Assembly (NCBI GenBank): GCA_017652125.1
Contig: JAGCBO010000058.1
Location: 1,409-65,408 of the forward strand
Length of the DNA stretch: 64,000 bases
Direction of reading: 5' to 3'
DNA from: Clostridia bacterium
GTDB lineage: Bacteria > Bacillota > Clostridia > Christensenellales > Aristaeellaceae
The position numbers were made by a program, and so were the translations under genes. The notes under the pieces are model-generated. The model did not search any database. It worked only from the letters and a program-made list of their open reading frames with translations, and was not told the DNA's origin. Positions 1-9,262 of the stretch are shown here, piece after piece; the first letter of the stretch is position 1, and the number at the start of each line of letters is the position of its first letter.

Positions 1-33
1 CTTCCGCAGGCCGCTTACCTGAATATACTTCAT
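1..33 (-). CDS. 5' end of a probable ABC transporter ATP-binding protein (runs off the window)
   Basis: GGAGG RBS then ATG at 33, reading MKYIQVSGLRK, a typical ABC ATPase N-terminus. Only 11 codons are visible. Confidence 0.5.
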   Translation of the reverse strand, partial: MKYIQVSGLRK

Positions 34-62
34 CCTTCGTTCCTCCGTATGGCATAAAGCAT

Positions 63-91
63 ATTTTACGTGATTCTCCCGGGCCCGTCAA
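63..91 (-). promoter_or_regulatory. sigma70/SigA-type promoter
   Basis: TTGACG-17 bp-TAAAAT on the minus strand, upstream of the ATG at 33. Confidence 0.55.
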
Positions 92-529
92 CCGGCCGGG
101 TTTCGGGTTTTCCCGGCTTTTCCGGCTTCTGCATCTCCTGAAGCATAAAGCTTCCTGACAGTGGGCTGGGGAGCCCATAAAATGACCATCGTCATCCGGG
201 GAACCCGCAAGAACGCGGACCGCAATCGTTGCTGACGGCCTGTTTTCCGGGATCACCTCGGTTGGCGGCCTTGGAATTGGCATTGTGATTGGCCTGGCGC
301 TGTACTTCCGGATGAAGAAAAGGAACACGATGAAGGAAGAAGCCGCTCAGAAAGACAATGTTGGCGCTGTGGATGGCGTTGAAGTCGAGCAGATCATTGC
401 GCCGGAGCATATGTACCGGTCAAATGACTGAACAGGCTGTAACGAAATGCAATTTGCCGCGACTGGTCGATGAGTGCAAAGGGATGACCTTGGCAGAGGC
501 GGAAGGAAGAAGCATTGGAAGCTGTCCGG

Positions 530-558
530 TTGAAAAAAACGCTGTTTTGATTTATGAT
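530..558 (+). promoter_or_regulatory. sigma70/SigA-type promoter
   Basis: TTGAAA-17 bp-TATGAT about 40 bp upstream of the ATG at 598. Confidence 0.55.
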
Positions 559-597
559 ACAGGGCGGAATCACCCATCTGTTCCGGAGGCATGCTGC

Positions 598-1575
598 ATG
601 AGAAAAAGGTTTAAGGTTCTGCTGGCCGTCCTGTCGCTGCTGGTGCTGAGCGCCTGCGCCGGTTCCCCCGCGCCGGACGCCGCTCGTGAAGCGGTGGTGC
701 TGGGCTTCAGCCAGCTGGGGGCGGAGAGCTCCTGGCGGATCGCCAATACAGCCAGCGTGAAGGCGGCGGCCGAAGAATACGGATTCGGTCTGATGGCGGA
801 GAACGCGAATCAGAAACAGGAGAAACAGATTGACGCCATCCGGTCCTTTATCGCCTACCGGGTGGATGTGATCGCCTTTTCTCCGATCGTGGAAACAGGC
901 TGGGATAACGTCCTCGCGGAAGCCCGGCAGGCGAAGATCCCGGTGATCCTGGTGGACCGGATGATCGACAGCCCGGACGAAAGCCTGTATACCGCTTTTG
1001 TCGGAGCGGATTTTTACGCGGAAGGCCGGCGGGCGGGGGAATATCTGCTGCGGAAGGCGGACGCCATTCACGCGGAGCATCTGCGCGTGGCAGAACTGTG
1101 CGGGACGCCGGAATCCACCCCGATGCGCGACCGTCAGCGGGGCTTTCTCGATGTGGTTGAAAAGGATGACCGGATCGAAATCCTGGAAAGCCTGAACGGC
1201 GACTTTCTGCGCAGCAAGGGCGAGGAATGCATGAAAACCCTGCTGGAAAAATACGGCGTCGGCGGGATCGACGTGATTTACAGCCATAATGACAGCATGA
1301 CGCTCGGCGCTCTGGATGTGCTGGAGCAGTCCGGAGCGGCTCCCGGCCGGGATATTCTGATGATTACGGTGGATGGGGAGAAGGAAGCGGTCGACGCGCT
1401 GAAGGCCGGAAAGATCAACTGCGTGGTTCAGTGTACGCCGGATCTGGGAAAGGATCTGATGGAGCTGGTCCGCGGGCTGAAGGAAGGCCGCGAGATCCCG
1501 CGGATCACCCATCCGCAGGAAGGCGTCTTCTGCGATTTTGATGATCTGACGGATCCGTCCGTAGAGGGGTTCTGA
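598..1575 (+). CDS. Sugar ABC substrate-binding lipoprotein, YtfQ/RbsB family (probably an accessory sensor for the adjacent TCS)
   Basis: GGAGG RBS, lipobox LSAC, motifs GFSQLGAESSWR, DVIAFSP and HNDSM; start reassigned from 358 to 598. Confidence 0.9.
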   Translation: MRKRFKVLLAVLSLLVLSACAGSPAPDAAREAVVLGFSQLGAESSWRIANTASVKAAAEEYGFGLMAENANQKQEKQIDAIRSFIAYRVDVIAFSPIVETGWDNVLAEARQAKIPVILVDRMIDSPDESLYTAFVGADFYAEGRRAGEYLLRKADAIHAEHLRVAELCGTPESTPMRDRQRGFLDVVEKDDRIEILESLNGDFLRSKGEECMKTLLEKYGVGGIDVIYSHNDSMTLGALDVLEQSGAAPGRDILMITVDGEKEAVDALKAGKINCVVQCTPDLGKDLMELVRGLKEGREIPRITHPQEGVFCDFDDLTDPSVEGF

Positions 1576-1608
1576 GGTGAGGGATTCTGAGTGGAGGGAT
1601 TCGGATGC
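1564..1608 (+). repeat. 3 x 15-bp degenerate tandem repeat
   Basis: gaggggttctgaggt / gagggattctgagtg / gagggattcggatgc, spanning the SBP stop and the kinase start. Confidence 0.75.
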
Positions 1609-3086
1609 GCAAAACGGGAGGGCAGACCAGTCTGCTCCGGCTGATCCGCCAGTTCACGACTTCGACGACGGTTCTCCTGACGCTGCCGGTGCTGATCGGC
1701 CTGGTGACCGTGGTGATCTACAGCAGCCGGACCAGCGCGATTCTGCGGCGGATGAACGCCGCGGCGGAGCTGAAGCCGGTGGTGGAAACCTCTCTGGCGG
1801 AGGATCTGTTCTCCGTGGCCGCCGGCCGGGTATCCTATGAAAAGAGCGGGGTGGAAACCCGTCTGGAAAGGACGAACGCCGCGCTCGACGCGCTGCTGGC
1901 GGAGACGGACGGAAACGGCCATCTGCAGCTGACGGTCGCCCGGCGGACCATGGATACGCTGGCCCAGTATGCGCACAGAATCCGGGACGGGATGGCCGGG
2001 GGAGAACCGATCTCCGAAATGGAGACCGTGGTGGATGAAGTCCGGAATGTCGGCCGCCTGATCGCGGATATGATTGATTCCTTTGTGGCGGAGGAAATCC
2101 GGAACGCCGGCATTGCCGGCTCCCGGCTGGAAAAAATCGTCTGGGGCGCGGCCGCGATGGAAGGGATCCTGCTGATTGCCGCCTGGTGGTACAGCCGGGC
2201 TGCTTTCCTGAAGCTGACGGGAGAAATTTCGACCGCTCTGCAGCGCATGGAAGGAACGGTCCGGCGCATCGCGGAGGGCCATTTCCGCGACCGCGTGCGG
2301 AATATCCATGTGGAGGAAATGCAGGAGCTGGCGGATCAGATCAATCTGATGGCGGTCCGCCTGGAGGCGCTGCTGGAGCAGACCAAACGGAATCAGGATC
2401 ATCTGGCCAAGGCGGAGCTGCGCACGCTGCAGGCGCAGATTAACCCTCATTTTCTCTATAACACCCTGGATACCATCGTCTGGCAGGCGGAAGGCGGAAA
2501 CGGGCCGGCCGTGGTACAGCTGACCCGGAGCCTGAGCGATTTCTTCCGGATCAGTCTTTCCTCCGGGGCGGACTGGATTCCGGTGACGCAGGAGCTGCAG
2601 CATGTGTCCGCCTATCTGAGCATTCAGAAGACCCGGTACCGGGATATTCTGGATTATGAGGTGGATCATCCGGAAGGGCTGGATTCCACCTATATGCTGA
2701 AGCTGCTTTTGCATCCTCTGGTGGAAAACGCGCTCTACCACGGAATCAAGGCAAAGCGCGGCGGCGGGCGGATTTCGGTCCGCCTGCGCCAGGAAACGGG
2801 CCTGCTGATCTTCACGGTGGCGGATACCGGGAAGGGTATGTCTCCGGAGCAGCTCTCCGCCGTGCAGGCGATGCTGAGCAGCGGCCAGCCGACGGTTCAG
2901 GCCGCCCTGGAACCCGGACGGAGCGGATTCGGGCTGCGCAATGTGCATATGCGCATCCGCCTGTATTACGGGAAGGAAAAGGGCCTGCGCATTCAGTCCG
3001 GCCCCGCCGGAACGGAGGTTTCCTTTACGATTCCGATCCGTACAAGAGAGGAGATCAATCATGACGAACGTGTTTCTCGTGGATGA
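1605..3086 (+). CDS. Sensor histidine kinase, YesM/LytS family
   Basis: Two TM segments, HAMP, LQAQINPHFLYNTL, PLVENALYHG, DTGKG and GFGLRNV motifs. Confidence 0.93.
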   Translation: MRKTGGQTSLLRLIRQFTTSTTVLLTLPVLIGLVTVVIYSSRTSAILRRMNAAAELKPVVETSLAEDLFSVAAGRVSYEKSGVETRLERTNAALDALLAETDGNGHLQLTVARRTMDTLAQYAHRIRDGMAGGEPISEMETVVDEVRNVGRLIADMIDSFVAEEIRNAGIAGSRLEKIVWGAAAMEGILLIAAWWYSRAAFLKLTGEISTALQRMEGTVRRIAEGHFRDRVRNIHVEEMQELADQINLMAVRLEALLEQTKRNQDHLAKAELRTLQAQINPHFLYNTLDTIVWQAEGGNGPAVVQLTRSLSDFFRISLSSGADWIPVTQELQHVSAYLSIQKTRYRDILDYEVDHPEGLDSTYMLKLLLHPLVENALYHGIKAKRGGGRISVRLRQETGLLIFTVADTGKGMSPEQLSAVQAMLSSGQPTVQAALEPGRSGFGLRNVHMRIRLYYGKEKGLRIQSGPAGTEVSFTIPIRTREEINHDERVSRG

Positions 3087-4335
3087 TGAGATCGCGATCC
3101 GTGAAAACCTGAGAAATTCTTTTCCCTGGGAGGAGAACGGCTGCCAGCTGGTCGGGGAGGCTCCGGACGGGGAAATGGCGCTGCCCATGCTGCGGGATCT
3201 GAACACGGAAATCCTGCTGACGGATATCCGCATGCCCTTTATGGACGGGATGAAATTATGCGAAGAGGTTCAGCGAACCATGCCCTGGGTGGAAAGAATT
3301 ATCCTGAGCGGGCATGATGATTTCGACTATGCGCGAAAAGCGATGAACCTCGGCGTGCGGGAGTATCTGCTGAAGCCGGTGACCGCCGGCGAGCTGGCGG
3401 CTGCGCTGGACCGGGCGCGGGGCCGGATCGAGGAGCGCAAAAGGGAACGGGATAATCTGACGCATCTCCGGGAGCGCCTGCTCAGCGGCAATGCCTTTAT
3501 GAAGGACAAACTGCTGGCTTCCCTGTTCACGGAGGAGGGGGACCCGGCGGATGACGACGCGGTGATGACCCAGCTGCGGAAACTGGGGCTGAATCTGTCC
3601 GCGCCCTGCTATGTGGTGCTGGATATCAGCTTTGAGGCCGACGGAGACCGCCGCATGGCCTGCCGAAGCGCCCTGGCCGCGCTGGCGGAGCTGAGCCGGG
3701 GCACGGTGTTTATCTGTTCCGGCGCAAAGGGAGCCCGGGCGCTGGTGCTGGGGGATCACCCGGAGGACGCGGAGGAACGGGCGTATTCCTTTGCCAGCTC
3801 CGCGATGCATCTGCCCGAGCTGGAGGCGGAGGAGCATCTGCTGATCGCGATCGGGGAAACGGTGGAGGATTTCCACGCGCTTCGCCAGAGCATGCGAAGC
3901 GCCCGGCATCTGCGCCATCTGCAGACCGCCAGCGGCCCGGCGCCGAGATCCATTATCGGAGGAAGCTCCCGGGGCGGAGGATACGGGGATCATGCCGTCG
4001 GGAAGGCAAGGCTCTATCTGGAGGAGCATTTCAGCGATCCCAATCTGATGCTGCAGGACGCGGCGGAAGCGGTTCATCTGAGCCAGAGCCATCTCAGCAC
4101 GATTTTTTCGCAGGAAACCGGCGTAACCTTTACCCAGTACCTGACCGCCCTGCGCATGGCCAAGGCCCGGGAGCTGCTGGAAAATTCCGGCCTGCGGAGC
4201 AGCCAGATTGCCCAGGACGTCGGATATAACGATGCTCATTACTTCAGCTATCTTTTTAAAAAGTCCACGGGGATGACCCCCAGCGAGTACCGCCGGGAAA
4301 GGGAAGCGGCAAAAAAAATTCAACCGGAATCGTAA
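3061..4335 (+). CDS. Response regulator, YesN family (REC + AraC HTH)
   Basis: MTNVFLVDDE, LLTDIRMP, YLLKP, C-terminal GYNDAHYFSYLFKKSTGMTPSEYR. Confidence 0.93.
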   Translation: MTNVFLVDDEIAIRENLRNSFPWEENGCQLVGEAPDGEMALPMLRDLNTEILLTDIRMPFMDGMKLCEEVQRTMPWVERIILSGHDDFDYARKAMNLGVREYLLKPVTAGELAAALDRARGRIEERKRERDNLTHLRERLLSGNAFMKDKLLASLFTEEGDPADDDAVMTQLRKLGLNLSAPCYVVLDISFEADGDRRMACRSALAALAELSRGTVFICSGAKGARALVLGDHPEDAEERAYSFASSAMHLPELEAEEHLLIAIGETVEDFHALRQSMRSARHLRHLQTASGPAPRSIIGGSSRGGGYGDHAVGKARLYLEEHFSDPNLMLQDAAEAVHLSQSHLSTIFSQETGVTFTQYLTALRMAKARELLENSGLRSSQIAQDVGYNDAHYFSYLFKKSTGMTPSEYRREREAAKKIQPES

Positions 4336-4488
4336 AATATTCTACAATAGACCCGGAGCACAGCTGTAAAAAACGGAAAAATTCCCACCAAAACCGAAAT
4401 CCTCTGTATTTTCATGATCCCGGAATCCGCATATAATAGGATCATCAGATGGCAGGAATGCCAAAATAAAAAAACGGAGGAAAGAACC

Positions 4489-5460
4489 ATGAAGAAAATC
4501 GTTGCTCTGGTACTCGCTCTGGCGATGATCCTGACCATGTCCGCGGCTCTGGCTGACGGAATCAAGGTCGGCATCATCAACCTGGATCCCGCTGAATCCG
4601 GATATCGTGAGGCGAACGTGAAGGATCTGCAGAACACCTTCACCGCCGAGAACGGCTATGACGCCACCTTCATCACGGCTCCCACCGCTGACAAGCAGCT
4701 GGAAGCGGCCAACACCCTGATCAACTCCGAAGTGAAGTACCTGCTGGTCTCCGCTGCGGAAGCGACCGGCTGGGACGATGTGCTGGCGGCCGCGCAGGAA
4801 GCCGGCGTCAAGGTCTTCCTGTTTGACCGGATGATCGATTGCGATCCGAGCCTCTACACCGCCGCGGTCGTGTCCGACATGGCCAAGGAAGGCGAGACGG
4901 CTGTGGCCTGGCTGGAGAGCCTGGGTCTGGAAGAGTACAAGATCCTGCACATTCAGGGACAGCTGGGCAGCGCCGCTCAGATCGGCCGCTCCACCGCCCT
5001 GCAGAACAAGTGCGCCGCGGATGACAAGTGGACCATCGTTCGGGAAGGAACCGGCGGAGACAGCTGGGATCCCAACGAAGCCCGGAAGATCGCTGAAGCG
5101 GCCCTGAACGCCGGCGAAGACTTCAACATCGTTTACGCTGAGAACGACGGCATGGCGGACGGCGTGGTTGCCGCTCTGGACGCTGCCGGAAAGACCCACG
5201 GCGTGGATAAGGACATCATCATCATGGGCTTTGACTGCAACAAGTGGGCCCTGCGGAAGCTGCTGGCCGGCGAGTGGAACTACGACGGACAGTGCAGCCC
5301 CTTCCAGGCTGGCGTCATCGACGGCATGATCAAGAAGCTGGAAGCCGGAGAAGCGATCGAAGGCCTGAACGAGCTGAACCAGATCATCTCCGAGGAGAAG
5401 GGCTTTGATGCCCGGACCATCACCGAGGATGACATCAATACCTACGGCCTGGGTGAATAA
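4489..5460 (+). CDS. Sugar ABC substrate-binding protein, YtfQ-like (galactofuranose-type)
   Basis: GGAGG RBS, signal peptide ending AALA, AESGYR, FDRMID, YAENDGMA. Confidence 0.9.
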   Translation: MKKIVALVLALAMILTMSAALADGIKVGIINLDPAESGYREANVKDLQNTFTAENGYDATFITAPTADKQLEAANTLINSEVKYLLVSAAEATGWDDVLAAAQEAGVKVFLFDRMIDCDPSLYTAAVVSDMAKEGETAVAWLESLGLEEYKILHIQGQLGSAAQIGRSTALQNKCAADDKWTIVREGTGGDSWDPNEARKIAEAALNAGEDFNIVYAENDGMADGVVAALDAAGKTHGVDKDIIIMGFDCNKWALRKLLAGEWNYDGQCSPFQAGVIDGMIKKLEAGEAIEGLNELNQIISEEKGFDARTITEDDINTYGLGE

Positions 5461-5495
5461 TCCGAATTTGATTCTGATCGGATGAGGTAAGACTG

Positions 5496-5544
5496 GCGCG
5501 GTGTGGAGCGTGGAACAATCCGCGATTCACACCGCGCTCTTTTT
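5496..5544 (+). terminator. Intra-operon stem-loop after the SBP gene (partial terminator or mRNA stabiliser)
   Basis: gcgcggtgtg...cacaccgcgc stem followed by tcttttt. Confidence 0.55.
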
Positions 5545-5559
5545 GAAAGGAGATTCAGG

Positions 5560-7068
5560 ATGCAGGACGGAATCGTATTGACCATGCGGGGAATCTATAA
5601 AAGCTTTCCGGGCGTGCGGGCACTGCAGAACGTGGATTTTACCCTGCGGAAGGGAGAGATTCACGCCCTGATGGGAGAAAACGGCGCCGGCAAATCCACG
5701 CTGATTAAGGTGCTGACCGGCGTATACGAGAAGGATGCCGGCGAGATCCGCGTGGAAGGCCAGGACGGCCCTGCTGACATCCGGTCTCCTCAGGACGCGC
5801 AGAATATCGGCATCAGTACGGTGTATCAGGAAATCACGCTGTGCCCGAATCTTTCTGTGGCGGAAAACATGTTCATCGGGCGGGACAAGGGCGTCGGAGT
5901 CCGCTGGAAGGACATGGAAAAGAAGGCGGGCGATCTGCTGAAAAGCCTGGGCATTCCGGCCCGGCCGAAACAGCAGCTGAGCTCCTGCTCCATTGCGGTG
6001 CAGCAGATGGTGGCGATTGCCCGGGCGGTGGATGCCGACTGCAAGGTGCTGATCCTGGACGAACCCACTTCCTCCCTGGATGACAAGGAAGTGGAGATGC
6101 TTTTCGGCCTCATGCGGGATCTGAAGAGCCGGGGCGTGGGTATCATCTTTGTGACGCACTTCCTGGAGCAGGTTTATGCGGTCAGCGACCGGATTACGGT
6201 GCTGCGGAACGGCGAGCTGGTCGGGGAGTTTGAAGTGCAGAGCCTGCCGCAGGTGGAGCTGGTTTCCGCGATGATGGGCCACGCGCTGGCGGAGCTGAGC
6301 GATCTGGATAAGCAGGGGAGCAGCGACGCTCTTTCCGGAGAGGCTTTCTATGAAGCCAGCGGCCTGAGCTCGGCGGAGGCCCGGCCCTTCGATTTCCGGA
6401 TCGCAAAGGGCGAAGTGAACGGGTTTACCGGCCTGCTGGGCTCCGGCCGGAGCGAGAGCGTCCGCGCGATTTTCGCGGCGGATCATGTCACGGGCGGCCA
6501 TGTGAAGGTGAACGGAAAGCCGGTGAATATTTCCAAACCGGTTCAGGCCATGAAAGCCGGAATCGGATACCTTCCGGAGGACCGGAAGAGGGACGGCATT
6601 ATTGCGGATCTGAGCGTCCGGGAGAATATCATTCTGGCGCTGCAGGTGATGAAGGGCTTTTTCCATCCGCTGAGCCGGAAGGAAGAGGAAGCCTTCGCGG
6701 ATGAATACATCAAAACCCTGGAGATCAAAACCGCCAGCCAGGAGACGCCGATTAAGAGCCTGAGCGGCGGCAATCAGCAGAAGGTGATTCTGGCCCGGTG
6801 GCTTCTGACGCATCCGCAGTATCTGATCCTGGACGAACCGACCCGGGGCATTGATGTCGGAACCAAAACGGAAATTCAGCGGCTGGTGCTGAAGCTTGCC
6901 GAGGAAGGCATGTCCGTTACCTTTATCAGCAGCGAAATTGAGGAAATGCTCCGGACCTGCAGCCGGCTGATTGTCATGCGGGACCGGAAAATCGTCGGGG
7001 AGCTGACCGGAGATCAGCTGAATCAGGACACGGTGATGAAGACCATTGCGGGAGGTGAGCAGGCATGA
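5560..7068 (+). CDS. Monosaccharide ABC transporter ATP-binding protein (YtfR/RbsA-like, two NBDs)
   Basis: GENGAGKST Walker A, ILDEPT twice, LSGGNQQK. Confidence 0.95.
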   Translation: MQDGIVLTMRGIYKSFPGVRALQNVDFTLRKGEIHALMGENGAGKSTLIKVLTGVYEKDAGEIRVEGQDGPADIRSPQDAQNIGISTVYQEITLCPNLSVAENMFIGRDKGVGVRWKDMEKKAGDLLKSLGIPARPKQQLSSCSIAVQQMVAIARAVDADCKVLILDEPTSSLDDKEVEMLFGLMRDLKSRGVGIIFVTHFLEQVYAVSDRITVLRNGELVGEFEVQSLPQVELVSAMMGHALAELSDLDKQGSSDALSGEAFYEASGLSSAEARPFDFRIAKGEVNGFTGLLGSGRSESVRAIFAADHVTGGHVKVNGKPVNISKPVQAMKAGIGYLPEDRKRDGIIADLSVRENIILALQVMKGFFHPLSRKEEEAFADEYIKTLEIKTASQETPIKSLSGGNQQKVILARWLLTHPQYLILDEPTRGIDVGTKTEIQRLVLKLAEEGMSVTFISSEIEEMLRTCSRLIVMRDRKIVGELTGDQLNQDTVMKTIAGGEQA

Positions 7069-8138
7069 CGGGAAAACGCAGAAAAGGCGGCGTCCTCTCG
7101 GATCTGATGATTCCGCTGATCGCGATCGGAATTCTGATCCTGTTTAATCTGATCCGGGATCCGGGCTTTTTCAGTATCAGTCTGTCGACCAATAACAGCG
7201 GCAACGCGGTTCTGACGGGCAACCTGATCAGTATTATTGACAGCGCGAGCGAGCTGGCGATTATCGCCATGGGCATGACGCTGGTGACCGCCGCGACCGG
7301 CGGTCAGGATATCAGCGTCGGCGCGGTCGGCGCGATTACAGGCAGCGTTTTTGTTCAGGTGCTGAAAGGCAGCGGGGATATCACGGCGGGTACGGTGGTG
7401 CTCGGCTTCCTGGCCTGCTGCCTGGTGACGGTTCTGTTTACGAGCTTTAACGGCGTGCTGGTCGCGTTTTTCCGGATCCAGCCCATGATTGCGACGCTGA
7501 TCCTGTTTTCCTGCGGCCGGAGTATCGCCTACTGGATTACCGGCAGCGCGACGCCGCAGCTGGAAAGCCCGATTATCAAGGCGATGGGCATGACCATTCC
7601 GGGCATCCCGGTTCCGACGCCCATTTTCATGGTGATTCTGGTGGGACTCCTGCTGCTGCTTTTCTTTAAGACCAGCAATATCCGGCTCTATACGGAAAGC
7701 GTGGGAATCAATCAGGGAGCCAGCCGGCTGAACGGCATCAATCCGACCCTGATCAAGCTGCTGAGCTTCATCGTTCTGGGAGTCTGCGTGGCGGTAGCCG
7801 GTGTGATCAGCACCTGCCGTCTCGGTCAGGTGAGCCATAAAACGCTGCTGATCGATATTGAAATGGACGCGATTCTCGCGGTGGCGATCGGCGGAAACAG
7901 CCTCGGCGGAGGCCGCTTCCGTCTCAGCGGAAGTATTCTGGGCGCCTATATCATTCAGATGCTGACCACGACGCTGTACGCGATGAGCGTGGCTCCGGCG
8001 AACGTGAAAGCCTATAAAGCCATCGTGATTATTCTCATCGTGGTGGCCGGATCCCCCGTGATCAAGACGGCGCTCTCCTCGTTCTGGCACCGGCTGAAGA
8101 ATAACCGGGCCGGAGCCGTCAGCAGGGAGGTGAACTGA
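7065..8138 (+). CDS. Monosaccharide ABC permease (YtfT-like)
   Basis: GGQDISVG, EMDAILAVAIGG, multiple TM helices. Confidence 0.92.
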   Translation: MTGKRRKGGVLSDLMIPLIAIGILILFNLIRDPGFFSISLSTNNSGNAVLTGNLISIIDSASELAIIAMGMTLVTAATGGQDISVGAVGAITGSVFVQVLKGSGDITAGTVVLGFLACCLVTVLFTSFNGVLVAFFRIQPMIATLILFSCGRSIAYWITGSATPQLESPIIKAMGMTIPGIPVPTPIFMVILVGLLLLLFFKTSNIRLYTESVGINQGASRLNGINPTLIKLLSFIVLGVCVAVAGVISTCRLGQVSHKTLLIDIEMDAILAVAIGGNSLGGGRFRLSGSILGAYIIQMLTTTLYAMSVAPANVKAYKAIVIILIVVAGSPVIKTALSSFWHRLKNNRAGAVSREVN

Positions 8139-8139
8139 C

Positions 8140-9201
8140 ATGAAACGCAGAGAACCTTTCACGGACAGTCAGCTCCTGATGAGCATCGCTATCGGAATCT
8201 TTGTCGTCATGTACGGCGCGGCCATGATTTTCATGGGCGGAGGTTTTCTCAAATTCCAGCAGTTCTTTGACCTGCTGAATGACAACGCCGCGCTGATTAT
8301 CGTCAGCTGCGCGCTGAGCATTGTCATGATCGGCGGCGGTATCAATATCAGCGTCGGCGGCGTGATCGGACTGACCGTCATGAGCTGCGCCCTGTACCTG
8401 AACGGGACCGGGATCGAAAGCGCGTTCGGAAGCACGGCCATGGCGCTGCTTCTGTCCCTCGGAATCGGCCTGGCCTTCGGCGTCGGTCAGGGCTTCCTGA
8501 TCAGCTATCTGGATATTCAGCCTTTCATTGTGACGCTGGCCGGCATGTTCCTTTCCCGGGGCCTGACGACCATGCTGTCCATTAATCCCGTGAAGGTGAC
8601 GCACGCCGCTTTCCTGGACGTGGCCAAAACCAAGCTGCAGATTCCGTTCCTGGGCTATACGGCGCAGAACGGAAATCTGATTCCGGCCAAGCTGGAAACC
8701 GGGGCGATTATCGCGCTGTGCGTGGTGATCCTCAGCGCGCTCATGCTGAAATACACCCGGCTGGGGCGCCATACCTACGCGCTGGGCGGCAATCAGCAGA
8801 GCAGTCTGATGCTGGGCATCAATGTGAGAAGAACCCGTTTCCTCACCTATGTGATCAGCGGTCTGCTGAGCGGACTGGCCGGCTTTGCTTTCCTGATGCA
8901 TAAACCGGCGGGCAATTCCAGCGTGGCGGCCCGGATGGAAATGGACGCGATCGCGGCTTCGATTATCGGCGGCACGCTGCTGACCGGCGGTGTCGGCAAT
9001 GTCATCGGAACCTTCTTCGGAGCGCTGATTCTGGCGACCATTCAGAAGATCATCGGTCTGAGTCCCCTGAACGAGAGCTGGTGGCAGGAAATGGCCAGCG
9101 GCGCGATGCTGGCGCTGTTCATCCTGCTGCAGAGCGTGGTGCTGAGCAACAGGGGCAAAAAGGCGGAAAACGCCGGAAAAATGAAGCTGAAAAAAGAATA
9201 G
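8140..9201 (+). CDS. Monosaccharide ABC permease (YjfF-like)
   Basis: GGINISVG, QPFIVTLAGMF, EMDAIAASIIGG. Confidence 0.92.
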   Translation: MKRREPFTDSQLLMSIAIGIFVVMYGAAMIFMGGGFLKFQQFFDLLNDNAALIIVSCALSIVMIGGGINISVGGVIGLTVMSCALYLNGTGIESAFGSTAMALLLSLGIGLAFGVGQGFLISYLDIQPFIVTLAGMFLSRGLTTMLSINPVKVTHAAFLDVAKTKLQIPFLGYTAQNGNLIPAKLETGAIIALCVVILSALMLKYTRLGRHTYALGGNQQSSLMLGINVRRTRFLTYVISGLLSGLAGFAFLMHKPAGNSSVAARMEMDAIAASIIGGTLLTGGVGNVIGTFFGALILATIQKIIGLSPLNESWWQEMASGAMLALFILLQSVVLSNRGKKAENAGKMKLKKE

Positions 9202-9225
9202 GCCGGCGAAGCCGGCAGTTGAAAA

Positions 9226-9256
9226 CGAGCCCTCAGGTCCAAGGCCTGAGGGCTCG
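9226..9256. terminator. Hairpin terminator between convergent genes
   Basis: cgagccctcagg-7 nt-cctgagggctcg; T-run follows on the minus strand. Confidence 0.7.
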
Positions 9257-9262
9257 CGGCGT

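Noticed and set aside
433-460. ggctgtaacgaaat as a possible IS terminal repeat
   Set aside because: No partner inverted repeat or transposase was found.
1564-1608. CRISPR-like repeat
   Set aside because: Units are 15 bp, adjacent and without spacers; no cas genes in the window.
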